This document shows positions 39,480-47,309 of a DNA stretch of 64,000 nt, one piece after another. Source of the DNA: Burkholderiales bacterium (GTDB lineage Bacteria; Pseudomonadota; Gammaproteobacteria; Burkholderiales; SG8-41); assembly GCA_019634975.1 (NCBI GenBank), contig JAHCAI010000005.1, positions 113,719 to 177,718 on the forward strand. Reading direction: 5' to 3'. Position 1 is the first letter of the stretch. Every line of letters starts with the position of its first letter. The notes under the pieces are model-generated. The model saw nothing but the letters and a program-made list of their open reading frames with translations, did not search any database and was not told the DNA's origin. Position numbers and translations under genes: made by a program.

Positions 39480-39513
39480 CATAAATTATATTTAAAAACA
39501 ATTACTTATCAAC
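39480..39513. repeat. AT-rich intergenic element (one mismatch to the IHF core)
   Basis: Sequence cataaattatatttaaaaacaattacttatcaac. The cinA-like stop codon TAA lies inside the element. Confidence 0.4.
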
Positions 39514-40017
39514 ATCTATTGTGGCCGGCAACAGCCCCAGAACCCCCTCCAGCGCAACCTTCACTGCGGCCCGCCGCACCGCTTCGCGATCGCCGGAAAA
39601 GCGCCGCGTCGCGCTCTTCGGTTCGCCGTTCTTGACCGCCCACGCGAAACACACGGTGCCCACCGGCTTCTGCGGCGTGCCGCCGGCAGGACCTGCCGTA
39701 CCGCTGACCGCCACCGCCACCTGCGCGTGGCTGTTGGCGAGCGCGCCGGCGACCATTTCGCGCACGGTTTCCTCCGACACCGCGCCGTGCGTGCCCAGCG
39801 TGTCCTGCGACACGCCGAGCATTTCGCGCTTCGAGATATAGGTATAGGTGACGAAGCCGCGCTCGAACCAGTTCGAACTGCCCGGCACTGCGGTTACCGC
39901 CTGCGCCACCCAGCCGCCGGTGCAGGATTCCGCGGTCGCCAGCATCAGGCCCTGGGCCTTCAAGGCCTCGCCCACCTTCGCCGCAAGTTCATTCAGGATA
40001 CTGTCCGGCATCATCAT
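39502..40017 (-). CDS. CinA C-terminal domain protein / nicotinamide-nucleotide amidohydrolase (PncC-like)
   Basis: 171 aa. LATAESCTGGWVAQAVTAVPGSSNWFERGFVTY and AVAVSGTAGPAGG are CinA-C signatures. Confidence 0.9.
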   Translation of the reverse strand: MMMPDSILNELAAKVGEALKAQGLMLATAESCTGGWVAQAVTAVPGSSNWFERGFVTYTYISKREMLGVSQDTLGTHGAVSEETVREMVAGALANSHAQVAVAVSGTAGPAGGTPQKPVGTVCFAWAVKNGEPKSATRRFSGDREAVRRAAVKVALEGVLGLLPATIDVDK

Positions 40018-40026
40018 CTCCGTTGT

Positions 40027-40557
40027 TTATGCGAGCCATGCGTGGGCGCCCGCGACCAGCAGCAGCGTGTAACCGGCCGCCAGCAGGTCGTCCCACATCA
40101 CGCCAAAGCCGTTCTTCAGCAGGCGGTCATAGTAGCGGATGGGCGGCGGCTTGAAGATGTCGAACAGGCGGAACGCCAGGAAGGCGAAAGCCTGCCAGTA
40201 GCCGGTCACCGGCACGAAGAACAGCACCAGCAGGAAAGCCACTGTTTCGTCCCACACCATGCCGCCGTGGTCGGCAACGCCCAGCGCGCGTCCGGTGACC
40301 CCCGAGGCCCAGACGCCGATCCAGAACAGCGCGAGGATCAGCACCAGGAAACTCCAGGGATCGAGCAGCGGCGACAGCGCATGAAACAGCGGCAGCGCAA
40401 GCAGCGTGCCGAAGGTCCCGGGTGCTGCCGGCGACAGGCCGACACCGCCGCCGAAGGCGATGAAATGCGCCGGGTGGCGATAGACAAAACGCAGGGTCGG
40501 ACGGACGAAGGCTTCAGACACGGCGGGCTTCTTCACTGTTGCAGTCCACCCGAACAT
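40027..40557 (-). CDS. pgpA: phosphatidylglycerophosphatase A
   Basis: 176 aa. FGGGVGLSPAAPGTFGTL, DHGGMVWDE and FDIFKPPPIRY. Confidence 0.9.
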   Translation of the reverse strand: MFGWTATVKKPAVSEAFVRPTLRFVYRHPAHFIAFGGGVGLSPAAPGTFGTLLALPLFHALSPLLDPWSFLVLILALFWIGVWASGVTGRALGVADHGGMVWDETVAFLLVLFFVPVTGYWQAFAFLAFRLFDIFKPPPIRYYDRLLKNGFGVMWDDLLAAGYTLLLVAGAHAWLA

Positions 40558-40580
40558 ACCACCGGAAGTCGCCGCTCACG

Positions 40581-40919
40581 TCATCCACGCCCTTCGGCGC
40601 GGGCGGCCTGCCGCAACGCCTTGAGCCGGCACGCGATTTCCGTCCGGGCGGCCTCCGCCGGCATTCCGCCGTCGCGGTGCGGTTCCAGCACGGATTCCGC
40701 GGCCGCAGCCGCCCGTCCGACGCCGGCGCAACCGAAGGTTTCCGCGGAACCGGCAAGCGCATGCACGGCGCGGATCAGTTCCTGCATGCCCTGCACGGCA
40801 TTCTCGCCGCGGAGAACCTGATCCCACAGCGCATCGACCGTCGCGATGCGGGCAGGCAGCACCGCGCGGAAATCCGCGCTGACGGCGTCCATCAGCCGGC
40901 GCAGTTCCTCGTCGCTCAT
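40581..40919 (-). CDS. Hpt (histidine phosphotransfer) domain protein
   Basis: 112 aa, helical. LIRAVHALAGSAETFG matches the HxxKG-like Hpt phospho-histidine helix. Confidence 0.7.
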   Translation of the reverse strand: MSDEELRRLMDAVSADFRAVLPARIATVDALWDQVLRGENAVQGMQELIRAVHALAGSAETFGCAGVGRAAAAAESVLEPHRDGGMPAEAARTEIACRLKALRQAARAEGRG

Positions 40920-40944
40920 CGGCAGCCGGACGGCGCCTGCGCCG

Positions 40945-41775
40945 TCACTCGACCCGGCCCCGGCGGTCGAAGGGATTCTTCGACACGCCGAGCACCGTCT
41001 TGACCGCGGTAATCAGGGAATCCGGCTGAAAGGGCTTGGTGATGTAGCCGTTGGCGCCGCCGGCAAGCCCTCTCAGCACCGATTCCCGCGTCGCCTTCGC
41101 GGTCAGCATCAGCACCGGCACCGCCTTCAGTGCCGGGTGCTCGCGCATTTTCACCAGGATGTTGAAGCCGTCAGCATCGGGCAGCATGACATCGAGCAGC
41201 ACCAGGTCCGGCGGCGGCTGGCGCCGCAGGCCGGCGATGATTTCCTCGCGCTTCGATGCCGTCGTCGCCGCAAAACCTTCCAGTTCCAGGTATTGGCGGA
41301 GAAATTTCGCCAGCGCTGGATCGTCCTCGACGATCAGCACCGATTCACCGCCTTTCGATTCCGGGCGCTCCGCCGCCCGCATCGCGATGCGCACGTAATA
41401 GCCGGTACGCTGCAGCGTGGTCACGCCGGCCTCGGCCTCCGATTGCAGTTCACCGGACAGCGGACCTGCCGGCTGCTGCGGCTGCGAGCTGAAAAATTCG
41501 ATGAAGTCGTTCGACTGGGTCAGCTGGTTCGACGCCAGGTCGATACAGGACCCGCCCAGCAGTTCGCGCATCGCCGCCAGAAACTGCGCGTCCCCCGCCG
41601 GCGCCCCCGCGCGCCGCCGGACCTCGGCCACCGTTGACTGCCCGTCGATCAGCACCAGCAGCCGGAGTGCCGCGGCGCTGAGTCCCGTTTCCGAAGCCTG
41701 CAGTTCGTTGTTGCCCTTGAAGGTCGGAATATAGACATCGGCATCGTTGATCACGAATGAATGGCTGGATGGCAT
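40945..41775 (-). CDS. response regulator: uncharacterised N-terminal domain plus C-terminal receiver
   Basis: ATG at 41775. The C-terminal REC domain has VLIVEDDP...DLVLLDVMLPDADG...VLMLTAKA...GANGYITKPF. I recognise no family in the N-terminal 150 aa or so. Confidence 0.85.
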   Translation of the reverse strand: MPSSHSFVINDADVYIPTFKGNNELQASETGLSAAALRLLVLIDGQSTVAEVRRRAGAPAGDAQFLAAMRELLGGSCIDLASNQLTQSNDFIEFFSSQPQQPAGPLSGELQSEAEAGVTTLQRTGYYVRIAMRAAERPESKGGESVLIVEDDPALAKFLRQYLELEGFAATTASKREEIIAGLRRQPPPDLVLLDVMLPDADGFNILVKMREHPALKAVPVLMLTAKATRESVLRGLAGGANGYITKPFQPDSLITAVKTVLGVSKNPFDRRGRVE

Positions 41776-41894
41776 GCTCTCGGCCTCCGGAATCGCCGTC
41801 GTACGGCAGGTTGCAGGCGGGAAGAACCCGGACAGCACGAGTTTACCAATCCCGGCCGCAGGCCCGGCACCCGGTTGCGGCCGCCCCGTGCAGC

Positions 41895-42863
41895 TCAGCC
41901 GAAGTGGTCAAAACCGCGCTGCGCCGGTGCGAGCGGCAGCCCGTCGCCATCCACCACTGCGACGCTGCACACGCCGGCCGGCGCGCGGATCACCCGCCCG
42001 ATGCGCGTCACCCGCGTGCCCGAGCGCAGCGCGGCGCGCTCGACCGCCGCACGCCGCGCCGGCGCCGCGGTGAAACACAGTTCATAGTCGTCCCCGCCGC
42101 CGAGCAGCGCAGCCAGCCCCGCCGGCGCGTGACGATGGCGTCGCATCAGCGGCGACAGCGGCAGGCGCTCCAGTGCCACCACTGCAGCGACCTTCGAACG
42201 CTCGCAGATGTGCCCCAGATCGGCGAGCAGGCCATCGGATACATCGATCGCGCTGCGCGCGACACCGCGCAACGCGAGGCCCAGCGCAACACGCGGCTGC
42301 GGCCGGTCGAGGCGCTGCCGGGCCTGTTTCAGTTCGGCGGGTTTCAGCCTGATGCGTTTCATTCCGGCCGCCACCGCCAGCGCCGCATCACCGAGCGTGC
42401 CGGACACCCAGATGTCGTCGCCGGGTTTCGCGCCGTCGCGGCGCAGTGCCTGCCGCGCCGGCAGTTCGCCGATGATCTGCACGCAGAGGTTCAGCGGACC
42501 GCGGGTGGTGTCGCCGCCGATCAGGTCCACCCCGTGCCTGCGCGCCAGGGCCATGAACCCGCGCGACATCGCCGCCACCCAGCGCGCGTCGGCCCGCGGC
42601 AAGGCAATGCCGAGTGTCGCCCAGCGCGGCCGCGCGCCCATCGCCGCCATGTCCGACAGGTTCACCGCCAGCGCCTTGTGGCCCACGGCAACGGGATCGG
42701 CATCCATGAAGAAATGCCGTCCGCCGACCAGCATGTCGGCGGCCACCGCCAGCACCTGGCCGCGCGAGGGGCGGATCAGCGCGGCGTCATCACCGACGCC
42801 GAGCAGCGTGCGCGGCGCGGCGTGGGTGAAATGATCGGCGATGAGCCTGAATTCGGAAGCCAT
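41895..42863 (-). CDS. thiL: thiamine-monophosphate kinase
   Basis: MASEFRLIADHF..., GDDAALI, DMLVGGRHF and GGDTTRGPL. ATG at 42863 is preferred over the TTG at 42875. Confidence 0.9.
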   Translation of the reverse strand: MASEFRLIADHFTHAAPRTLLGVGDDAALIRPSRGQVLAVAADMLVGGRHFFMDADPVAVGHKALAVNLSDMAAMGARPRWATLGIALPRADARWVAAMSRGFMALARRHGVDLIGGDTTRGPLNLCVQIIGELPARQALRRDGAKPGDDIWVSGTLGDAALAVAAGMKRIRLKPAELKQARQRLDRPQPRVALGLALRGVARSAIDVSDGLLADLGHICERSKVAAVVALERLPLSPLMRRHRHAPAGLAALLGGGDDYELCFTAAPARRAAVERAALRSGTRVTRIGRVIRAPAGVCSVAVVDGDGLPLAPAQRGFDHFG

Positions 42864-42865
42864 GG

Positions 42866-43951
42866 TCAAGGGCAAAGGATATCCGCCATCCAGTCCGCGG
42901 TCTGCGTCTGGAACATGTAGCGCCGGTTGTTGACGACATGGTTGCCGCCCTTGACGATCAGCAGCTCGCAGGGTCCCGACACCTCGGCGGCGATGCGCTC
43001 GGCATTGTGCGGCGGGGTCAGCGTGTCGAGCTCTCCGCCGACGACATAGATCGGGCAGGTGATGTTCCTGGCCACGCCCTCCAGGGTCAGCGTCCTGGCG
43101 TTCTCGCGCGCGGCATCCATGTCCTTCGCGTGGGAACGCACGCGGAAGGCCTCGCGCGACAGCTCGTTGCGGCCGTCGAAAGTTTCGACCCAGCTGTAGG
43201 GCCCGGACAGCGAAATGCAGGCCTTGATGCGTTTTTCGAAGGCCGCGCCGCGCGCGGCATAGTAGCCGCCCAGCGACACGCCCCAGAGGCCGATGCGCGC
43301 CGCGTCAAGGTCCGCGCGCGCGGCCACGTAATCAACCACCGCCTTCACCGCCACCTCATAATCGCCGCGGATGGGCAGGTCGTACTCCGCCTCACCCTGC
43401 CCCGGGCCATCGAAGGACAGGGTGGCCATGCCGCGGGCGAGGAAAATGTTCTCGTAGACCTCAAGCTCCTCCTTGGTCGAATCAAGTCCCACGCACATCA
43501 CCACCACCGGATGCGGCGCCCTGCCGGCCGGCTTGCGCAGGATGCCGGCCAGGCTGCGGCCCTGGTACGGCATTTCCACGCGTTCGCCCGGATTCGGCAG
43601 CAGCGGCAGGGCGAGCTGCCGGCACTCGATGACCTTGCGGTGCGCCGCCCTCATCTGCGGAATGTCGTGGACGAACATGAACTTGCCGAAGTGGTAACAG
43701 ATCGCTGCGCGATTGAGGTGCTCGCCGGCAGACAGCCGGTAACCGCCGGCCAGCGCCTTGCGGCCCAGTTCCTCGTGAACCGCCGCCCGCGCGCTCCACG
43801 CCGCGCACCACTCGTCCCAGTGCGAGATGCCTGCGGTGACTTCCTCGAAATCCGTCAGCGGCACCCCGCTCGACACAAAGCGCGGTGCCCAGTGATGTAT
43901 CGCGGTTTCAATGCGCTTGTCCCGGGCTGGCCCGCCTGCGGTGTTCGTCAT
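42866..43951 (-). CDS. alpha/beta hydrolase (FrsA / dienelactone-hydrolase-like)
   Basis: 361 aa from MTNTAGGP. VVVMCVGLDSTKEE, the nucleophile elbow GVSLGGYYA, and a C-terminal GGNHV. The ORF-track extension to 44440 was not used. Confidence 0.8.
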   Translation of the reverse strand: MTNTAGGPARDKRIETAIHHWAPRFVSSGVPLTDFEEVTAGISHWDEWCAAWSARAAVHEELGRKALAGGYRLSAGEHLNRAAICYHFGKFMFVHDIPQMRAAHRKVIECRQLALPLLPNPGERVEMPYQGRSLAGILRKPAGRAPHPVVVMCVGLDSTKEELEVYENIFLARGMATLSFDGPGQGEAEYDLPIRGDYEVAVKAVVDYVAARADLDAARIGLWGVSLGGYYAARGAAFEKRIKACISLSGPYSWVETFDGRNELSREAFRVRSHAKDMDAARENARTLTLEGVARNITCPIYVVGGELDTLTPPHNAERIAAEVSGPCELLIVKGGNHVVNNRRYMFQTQTADWMADILCP

Positions 43952-44111
43952 GTCATCCCTGCCTGCGTGATCAATGAATCTCAGTCCGTGTTTTACCAGA
44001 AAACCGCCGGTCCGCCGCTGCAGCCTCCATCCCGGCCGCCAATTCTCCCGCCGGCGGTTTTGGTGCAGAATGCGCCCCTCCGACGCAGGCCCCGACGACG
44101 CCATCCACAAC

Positions 44112-45092
44112 ATGAACATGACCGCGAAACCCGCACGCACTGCAATCACCGCCGTCCTGCTGCTTGTGCTGAACATCAGCACGGAGGCCGCGGCACAGGC
44201 CTGGCCTTCACGGCCGATCCGCATGATCGCGCCGATCTCCGCCGGCGGCGGCGCCGACGTCGCCGCCCGCCTGCTGGCCAAATCAATGGGCGAGACGCTG
44301 AAGCAGCAGGTCGTGGTCGAGAACCGCCCGGGCGGCGGCAGCGTGCTCGGCACCACGGCGGCAGCGGCCGCAACGGCGGACGGCCATACCCTGCTGTGGA
44401 TCTCCGGCGCACACGCCATCAACGCGGCCTTCAACCGCAATCTGCCCTACGACTCGATCAAGAGCTTCGAGCCGGTCGGGCTGTTCGCAAAAATGCCTTT
44501 CGTGCTGGTCGTGCACCCCGGCATGAACGCGAAGACAGTGCCCGAGCTGCTGGCGCTGGTGCGCGCCAGCCCCGGCAAGTACAACTACGCCAGCAGCGGA
44601 ATCGGCAGCGCCTCGCACCTCGGCCTCGAAATGCTCAAGCTCGGCGCGAAACTCGACATGGTCAACATCAGCTACAAGGGCGCCGCGCCCTCGCTCGCCG
44701 GCCTGATCGGCGGCGAAGTGCAGATGGCGATGCTCGGCCCGCTGTCGGTGAAGCCGCATATCGCCTCGGGCAAGGTGCGGCCGCTCGCCGTGACCACCGC
44801 AAAGCGGTCAGCCGCCTTCCCCGGGCTGCCCGCCCTCGGAGAAAGCGTACCGCAATACGAGATGACCAGCTGGTACGGCATGCTGGTGCCGCGCGGCACG
44901 CCGCCGGCCGTGATTGCCCGGCTCAATGCCGCGATGACTGCTGCGCAATCCGACAAGCCCGTCATTGACGGTCTCGCGGCAGAAGGTGCCGAACTGCCCT
45001 CCACCACGCCCCAGGCATTCCGCAAATACCTGGAAGCGGACATCGCCCGCTACGTGGCGCTGCGCCAGAAACTCGACATCAAACTCGAATAA
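44112..45092 (+). CDS. Bug-family tripartite tricarboxylate transporter substrate-binding protein (TctC-like)
   Basis: Signal peptide, then WPSRPIRMIAPISAGGGADVAARLLA...VVVENRPGGGS, the hallmark of the Bug family. No tctA or tctB is nearby. Confidence 0.9.
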   Translation: MNMTAKPARTAITAVLLLVLNISTEAAAQAWPSRPIRMIAPISAGGGADVAARLLAKSMGETLKQQVVVENRPGGGSVLGTTAAAAATADGHTLLWISGAHAINAAFNRNLPYDSIKSFEPVGLFAKMPFVLVVHPGMNAKTVPELLALVRASPGKYNYASSGIGSASHLGLEMLKLGAKLDMVNISYKGAAPSLAGLIGGEVQMAMLGPLSVKPHIASGKVRPLAVTTAKRSAAFPGLPALGESVPQYEMTSWYGMLVPRGTPPAVIARLNAAMTAAQSDKPVIDGLAAEGAELPSTTPQAFRKYLEADIARYVALRQKLDIKLE

Positions 45093-45101
45093 GCCGTCAC
45101 C

Positions 45102-45965
45102 ATGGAAGGAACCCGAACAATGCCCACCGCACACGTCAACGGCACAGACATCCCGTACGAGATTCTCGGCGACGGCGGCCCCTGGGTCGCGCTGAACCCG
45201 GGCGGGCGGCGCGGCATGGCGGAAATCCGCTCGCTGGCGGCGCGCGTCGCCGCGAGCGGCTGCCGCGTGCTGATCCACGACCGGCGCAACTGCGGCGCAG
45301 CCGCGGTGTCCGTCGGCGGCGGCAACACCGAGCATCAGCTCTGGGCCGACGACCTGCATGCCCTGCTGCAGCATCTGGGCGCATTGCCGGCGGTGATCGG
45401 CGGCAGCTCCTCGGGTTGCCGGATGTCGATCGACTTCGCGCTGCGCTACCCGCAGGCGGTGCGCGGACTGCTGCTGTGGCGGGTCACCGGCGGCGCCTTC
45501 GCCGTGCAGCGCCTGACCGAAAAGTACTACGGCGAATACATCCGCGCGGCCCAGGCCGGCGGCATGGCCGCGGTCTGCGAAACCGAACATTTCCGCGAAC
45601 TGATCGCCGCGCGCCCGGCCAACCGCGCTGCGCTGATGGCAATGGATCCGGCGCAGTTCATCGCCGCGATGCGCGAATGGGAGCGCGAGTTCCGTGCCGG
45701 CGGCGGCGAGCCGGTGATCGGTGCCAGCGCGGCGCAGCTGCAGTCGATCACCGTGCCGGCCTGCGTCGTGCCCGGCAACGACCGCACTCACCCGCGGGCC
45801 GCCGCGGAAAAACTGGCGCGCCTGATGCCCGGGGCGGAACTGCAGCTGCTGATGGGCGAGGATCTCGATATCGACGTCGATCCCGCGGCGAACTGGGATC
45901 TGAAGGAAGCCGGACTCGCGGCCATCCTCACCGGCGGCCTGCGCCGGATGAAAAGCCCGGCTTAA
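45102..45965 (+). CDS. alpha/beta hydrolase (start 45102, or more likely 45120)
   Basis: VNGTDIPYEILGDGGPWVALNPGG, the nucleophile elbow GGSSSGCRMS, and a C-terminal THP. GGAAGGA lies 9 nt upstream of the ATG at 45120. Confidence 0.85.
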   Translation: MEGTRTMPTAHVNGTDIPYEILGDGGPWVALNPGGRRGMAEIRSLAARVAASGCRVLIHDRRNCGAAAVSVGGGNTEHQLWADDLHALLQHLGALPAVIGGSSSGCRMSIDFALRYPQAVRGLLLWRVTGGAFAVQRLTEKYYGEYIRAAQAGGMAAVCETEHFRELIAARPANRAALMAMDPAQFIAAMREWEREFRAGGGEPVIGASAAQLQSITVPACVVPGNDRTHPRAAAEKLARLMPGAELQLLMGEDLDIDVDPAANWDLKEAGLAAILTGGLRRMKSPA

Positions 45966-46243
45966 GCCTGGGTTTTCTGCTCGGCGGCGGCCTTCTCGGC
46001 CTGTTCCCGCTGCAGGCGCCGGGACTCCGCCATGAATTCGGCGTATTTCCGCTTCATCTGCTGCGGCATCCAGAAATCCACCGCGGCGAAGCCGAAGAAG
46101 AACAGCATCATGATGGTGCGCGTGCCCTGCTCCAGCTCGCCGCCGTAGAACAGCACCCAGAAGCCGAGCACCAGGTTGAGCAGGCCGGCAAAATAAAACA
46201 CGTAGATGCGCTTCTTCAGCTTTTCGTCAAGTTCCTTGCTCAT
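45962..46243 (-). CDS. hypothetical small membrane protein (2 TM)
   Basis: 93 aa from MSKELDEKLKKRIYVFYFAGLLNLVLGFWVLF, preceded by GGAGAAGGA. It lies downstream of nusB. Confidence 0.6.
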   Translation of the reverse strand: MSKELDEKLKKRIYVFYFAGLLNLVLGFWVLFYGGELEQGTRTIMMLFFFGFAAVDFWMPQQMKRKYAEFMAESRRLQREQAEKAAAEQKTQA

Positions 46244-46260
46244 CGTTCCTTCTCCAGTCT

Positions 46261-46695
46261 TCAGCCGCGCGCGGCCTGCACTTCCGGCGCGCGCAGCTGC
46301 GCCGCCATCTTGTCGAGCACGCCGTTGACGTACTTGTGGCCATCGGTGCCGCCGAAAGCCTTGGCCAGCTCGATCGCCTCGTTGATCACCACCCGGTACG
46401 GCACCTCCGGGCAATGCCTGAATTCGTAGCCCGCGAGCAGCAGGATGCCGCGCTCCACCGGCGACAGGCTCTTGTAGGCACGATCGAGCAGCGGCGTGAC
46501 GAGCTGCTCCATCTCCGCCGCGCCGGCAATCGCGCCGTCGAGCAGCTTCGTGAAATAGTCGGCGTCGCTCTTGCCGAAATCCTCGGCTTCGCCGAGCTGC
46601 GCGGCAATGGTCACGGGATCGGTGCCCGCGAGCTGCCACTGGTAGAGGCCCTGCAGCGCGAATTCGCGCGAACGGCGGCGGTTCGATTTCATCAT
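46261..46695 (-). CDS. nusB: transcription antitermination factor NusB
   Basis: MMKSNRRRSREFALQGLYQW is the canonical NusB N-terminus. About 144 aa, lying after ribH as usual. Confidence 0.95.
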   Translation of the reverse strand: MMKSNRRRSREFALQGLYQWQLAGTDPVTIAAQLGEAEDFGKSDADYFTKLLDGAIAGAAEMEQLVTPLLDRAYKSLSPVERGILLLAGYEFRHCPEVPYRVVINEAIELAKAFGGTDGHKYVNGVLDKMAAQLRAPEVQAARG

Positions 46696-46728
46696 GTTCC
46701 GGTGTGGCGGCCACACACCGTGCGGCAC

Positions 46729-46763
46729 AAATTATCGTTTAAAATCAAATACTTATAAATAAC
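46729..46763. repeat. AT-rich intergenic element with IHF-consensus core
   Basis: Sequence aaattatcgtttaaaatcaaatacttataaataac. The core aatcaaatactta (46743-46755) fits WATCAANNNNTTR. It is 31/35 identical to the reverse complement of 63086-63121. Confidence 0.5.
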
Positions 46764-46767
46764 CCGA

Positions 46768-47265
46768 TCAGGTGTTCTCGGCGTCGCGCTTCAGGCGCTG
46801 CATCAGCCGCGCCATCTCCACCGCGGCCAGCGCGCAGTCGGCGCCTTTCTGCGCCATGCGCACCTCGGCCTGGTCGTCGTCCTCGGTGGTGAGGATGCCG
46901 TTGGCCACCGGCACGCCAGTCTCGAGCTGCACGTCGGTGATGCCGCGCGCGGACTCGTTGGACACGATCTCGAAGTGGTAGGTTTCGCCGCGGATCACCG
47001 CGCCCAGTGCCACCAGCGCGTCGTAATGCCCGCTGATCGCCATCGCCTTCAGCGCCAGCGGGATTTCCAGCGCACCCGGCACGCTGACGATGCGCATGTC
47101 CTTCTTGGCGACGCCCATTTTCACCAACGCCGCGGTGCAGGCCGACAGCAGCCCGTCGCCGACGTCAACGTTGAATCGCCCCATCACAATGCCGATGCGC
47201 AGGCCCTTGCCGTCGTGCACGGGTTCCAGTTCCTCGATGTCGTCAAAACGCGCCATGTCGTTCAC
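46768..47265 (-). CDS. ribH: 6,7-dimethyl-8-ribityllumazine synthase
   Basis: 165 aa. Motifs: [32 protein letters not shown]. Confidence 0.95.
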   Translation of the reverse strand: MNDMARFDDIEELEPVHDGKGLRIGIVMGRFNVDVGDGLLSACTAALVKMGVAKKDMRIVSVPGALEIPLALKAMAISGHYDALVALGAVIRGETYHFEIVSNESARGITDVQLETGVPVANGILTTEDDDQAEVRMAQKGADCALAAVEMARLMQRLKRDAENT

Positions 47266-47267
47266 CC

Positions 47268-47306
47268 AATCACTTGATCACTCAATCACTTAATCACTTA
47301 ATCACC
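47268..47306. repeat. 8-bp tandem repeat array in the ribBA-ribH spacer
   Basis: Plus strand: aatcactt gatcactc aatcactt aatcactt aatcacc. Minus strand: GTGATTAA x2, GTGATTGA, GTGATCAA, GTGATTGG. Confidence 0.7.
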
Positions 47307-47309
47307 AGC

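Noticed and set aside
47268-47306. Considered whether the short tandem repeats (47268-47306, 50624-50714) could be a degenerate CRISPR array.
   Set aside because: The repeat units are only 7-8 bp with no spacers, and no cas genes are present. They are microsatellite-like or palindromic spacer repeats.
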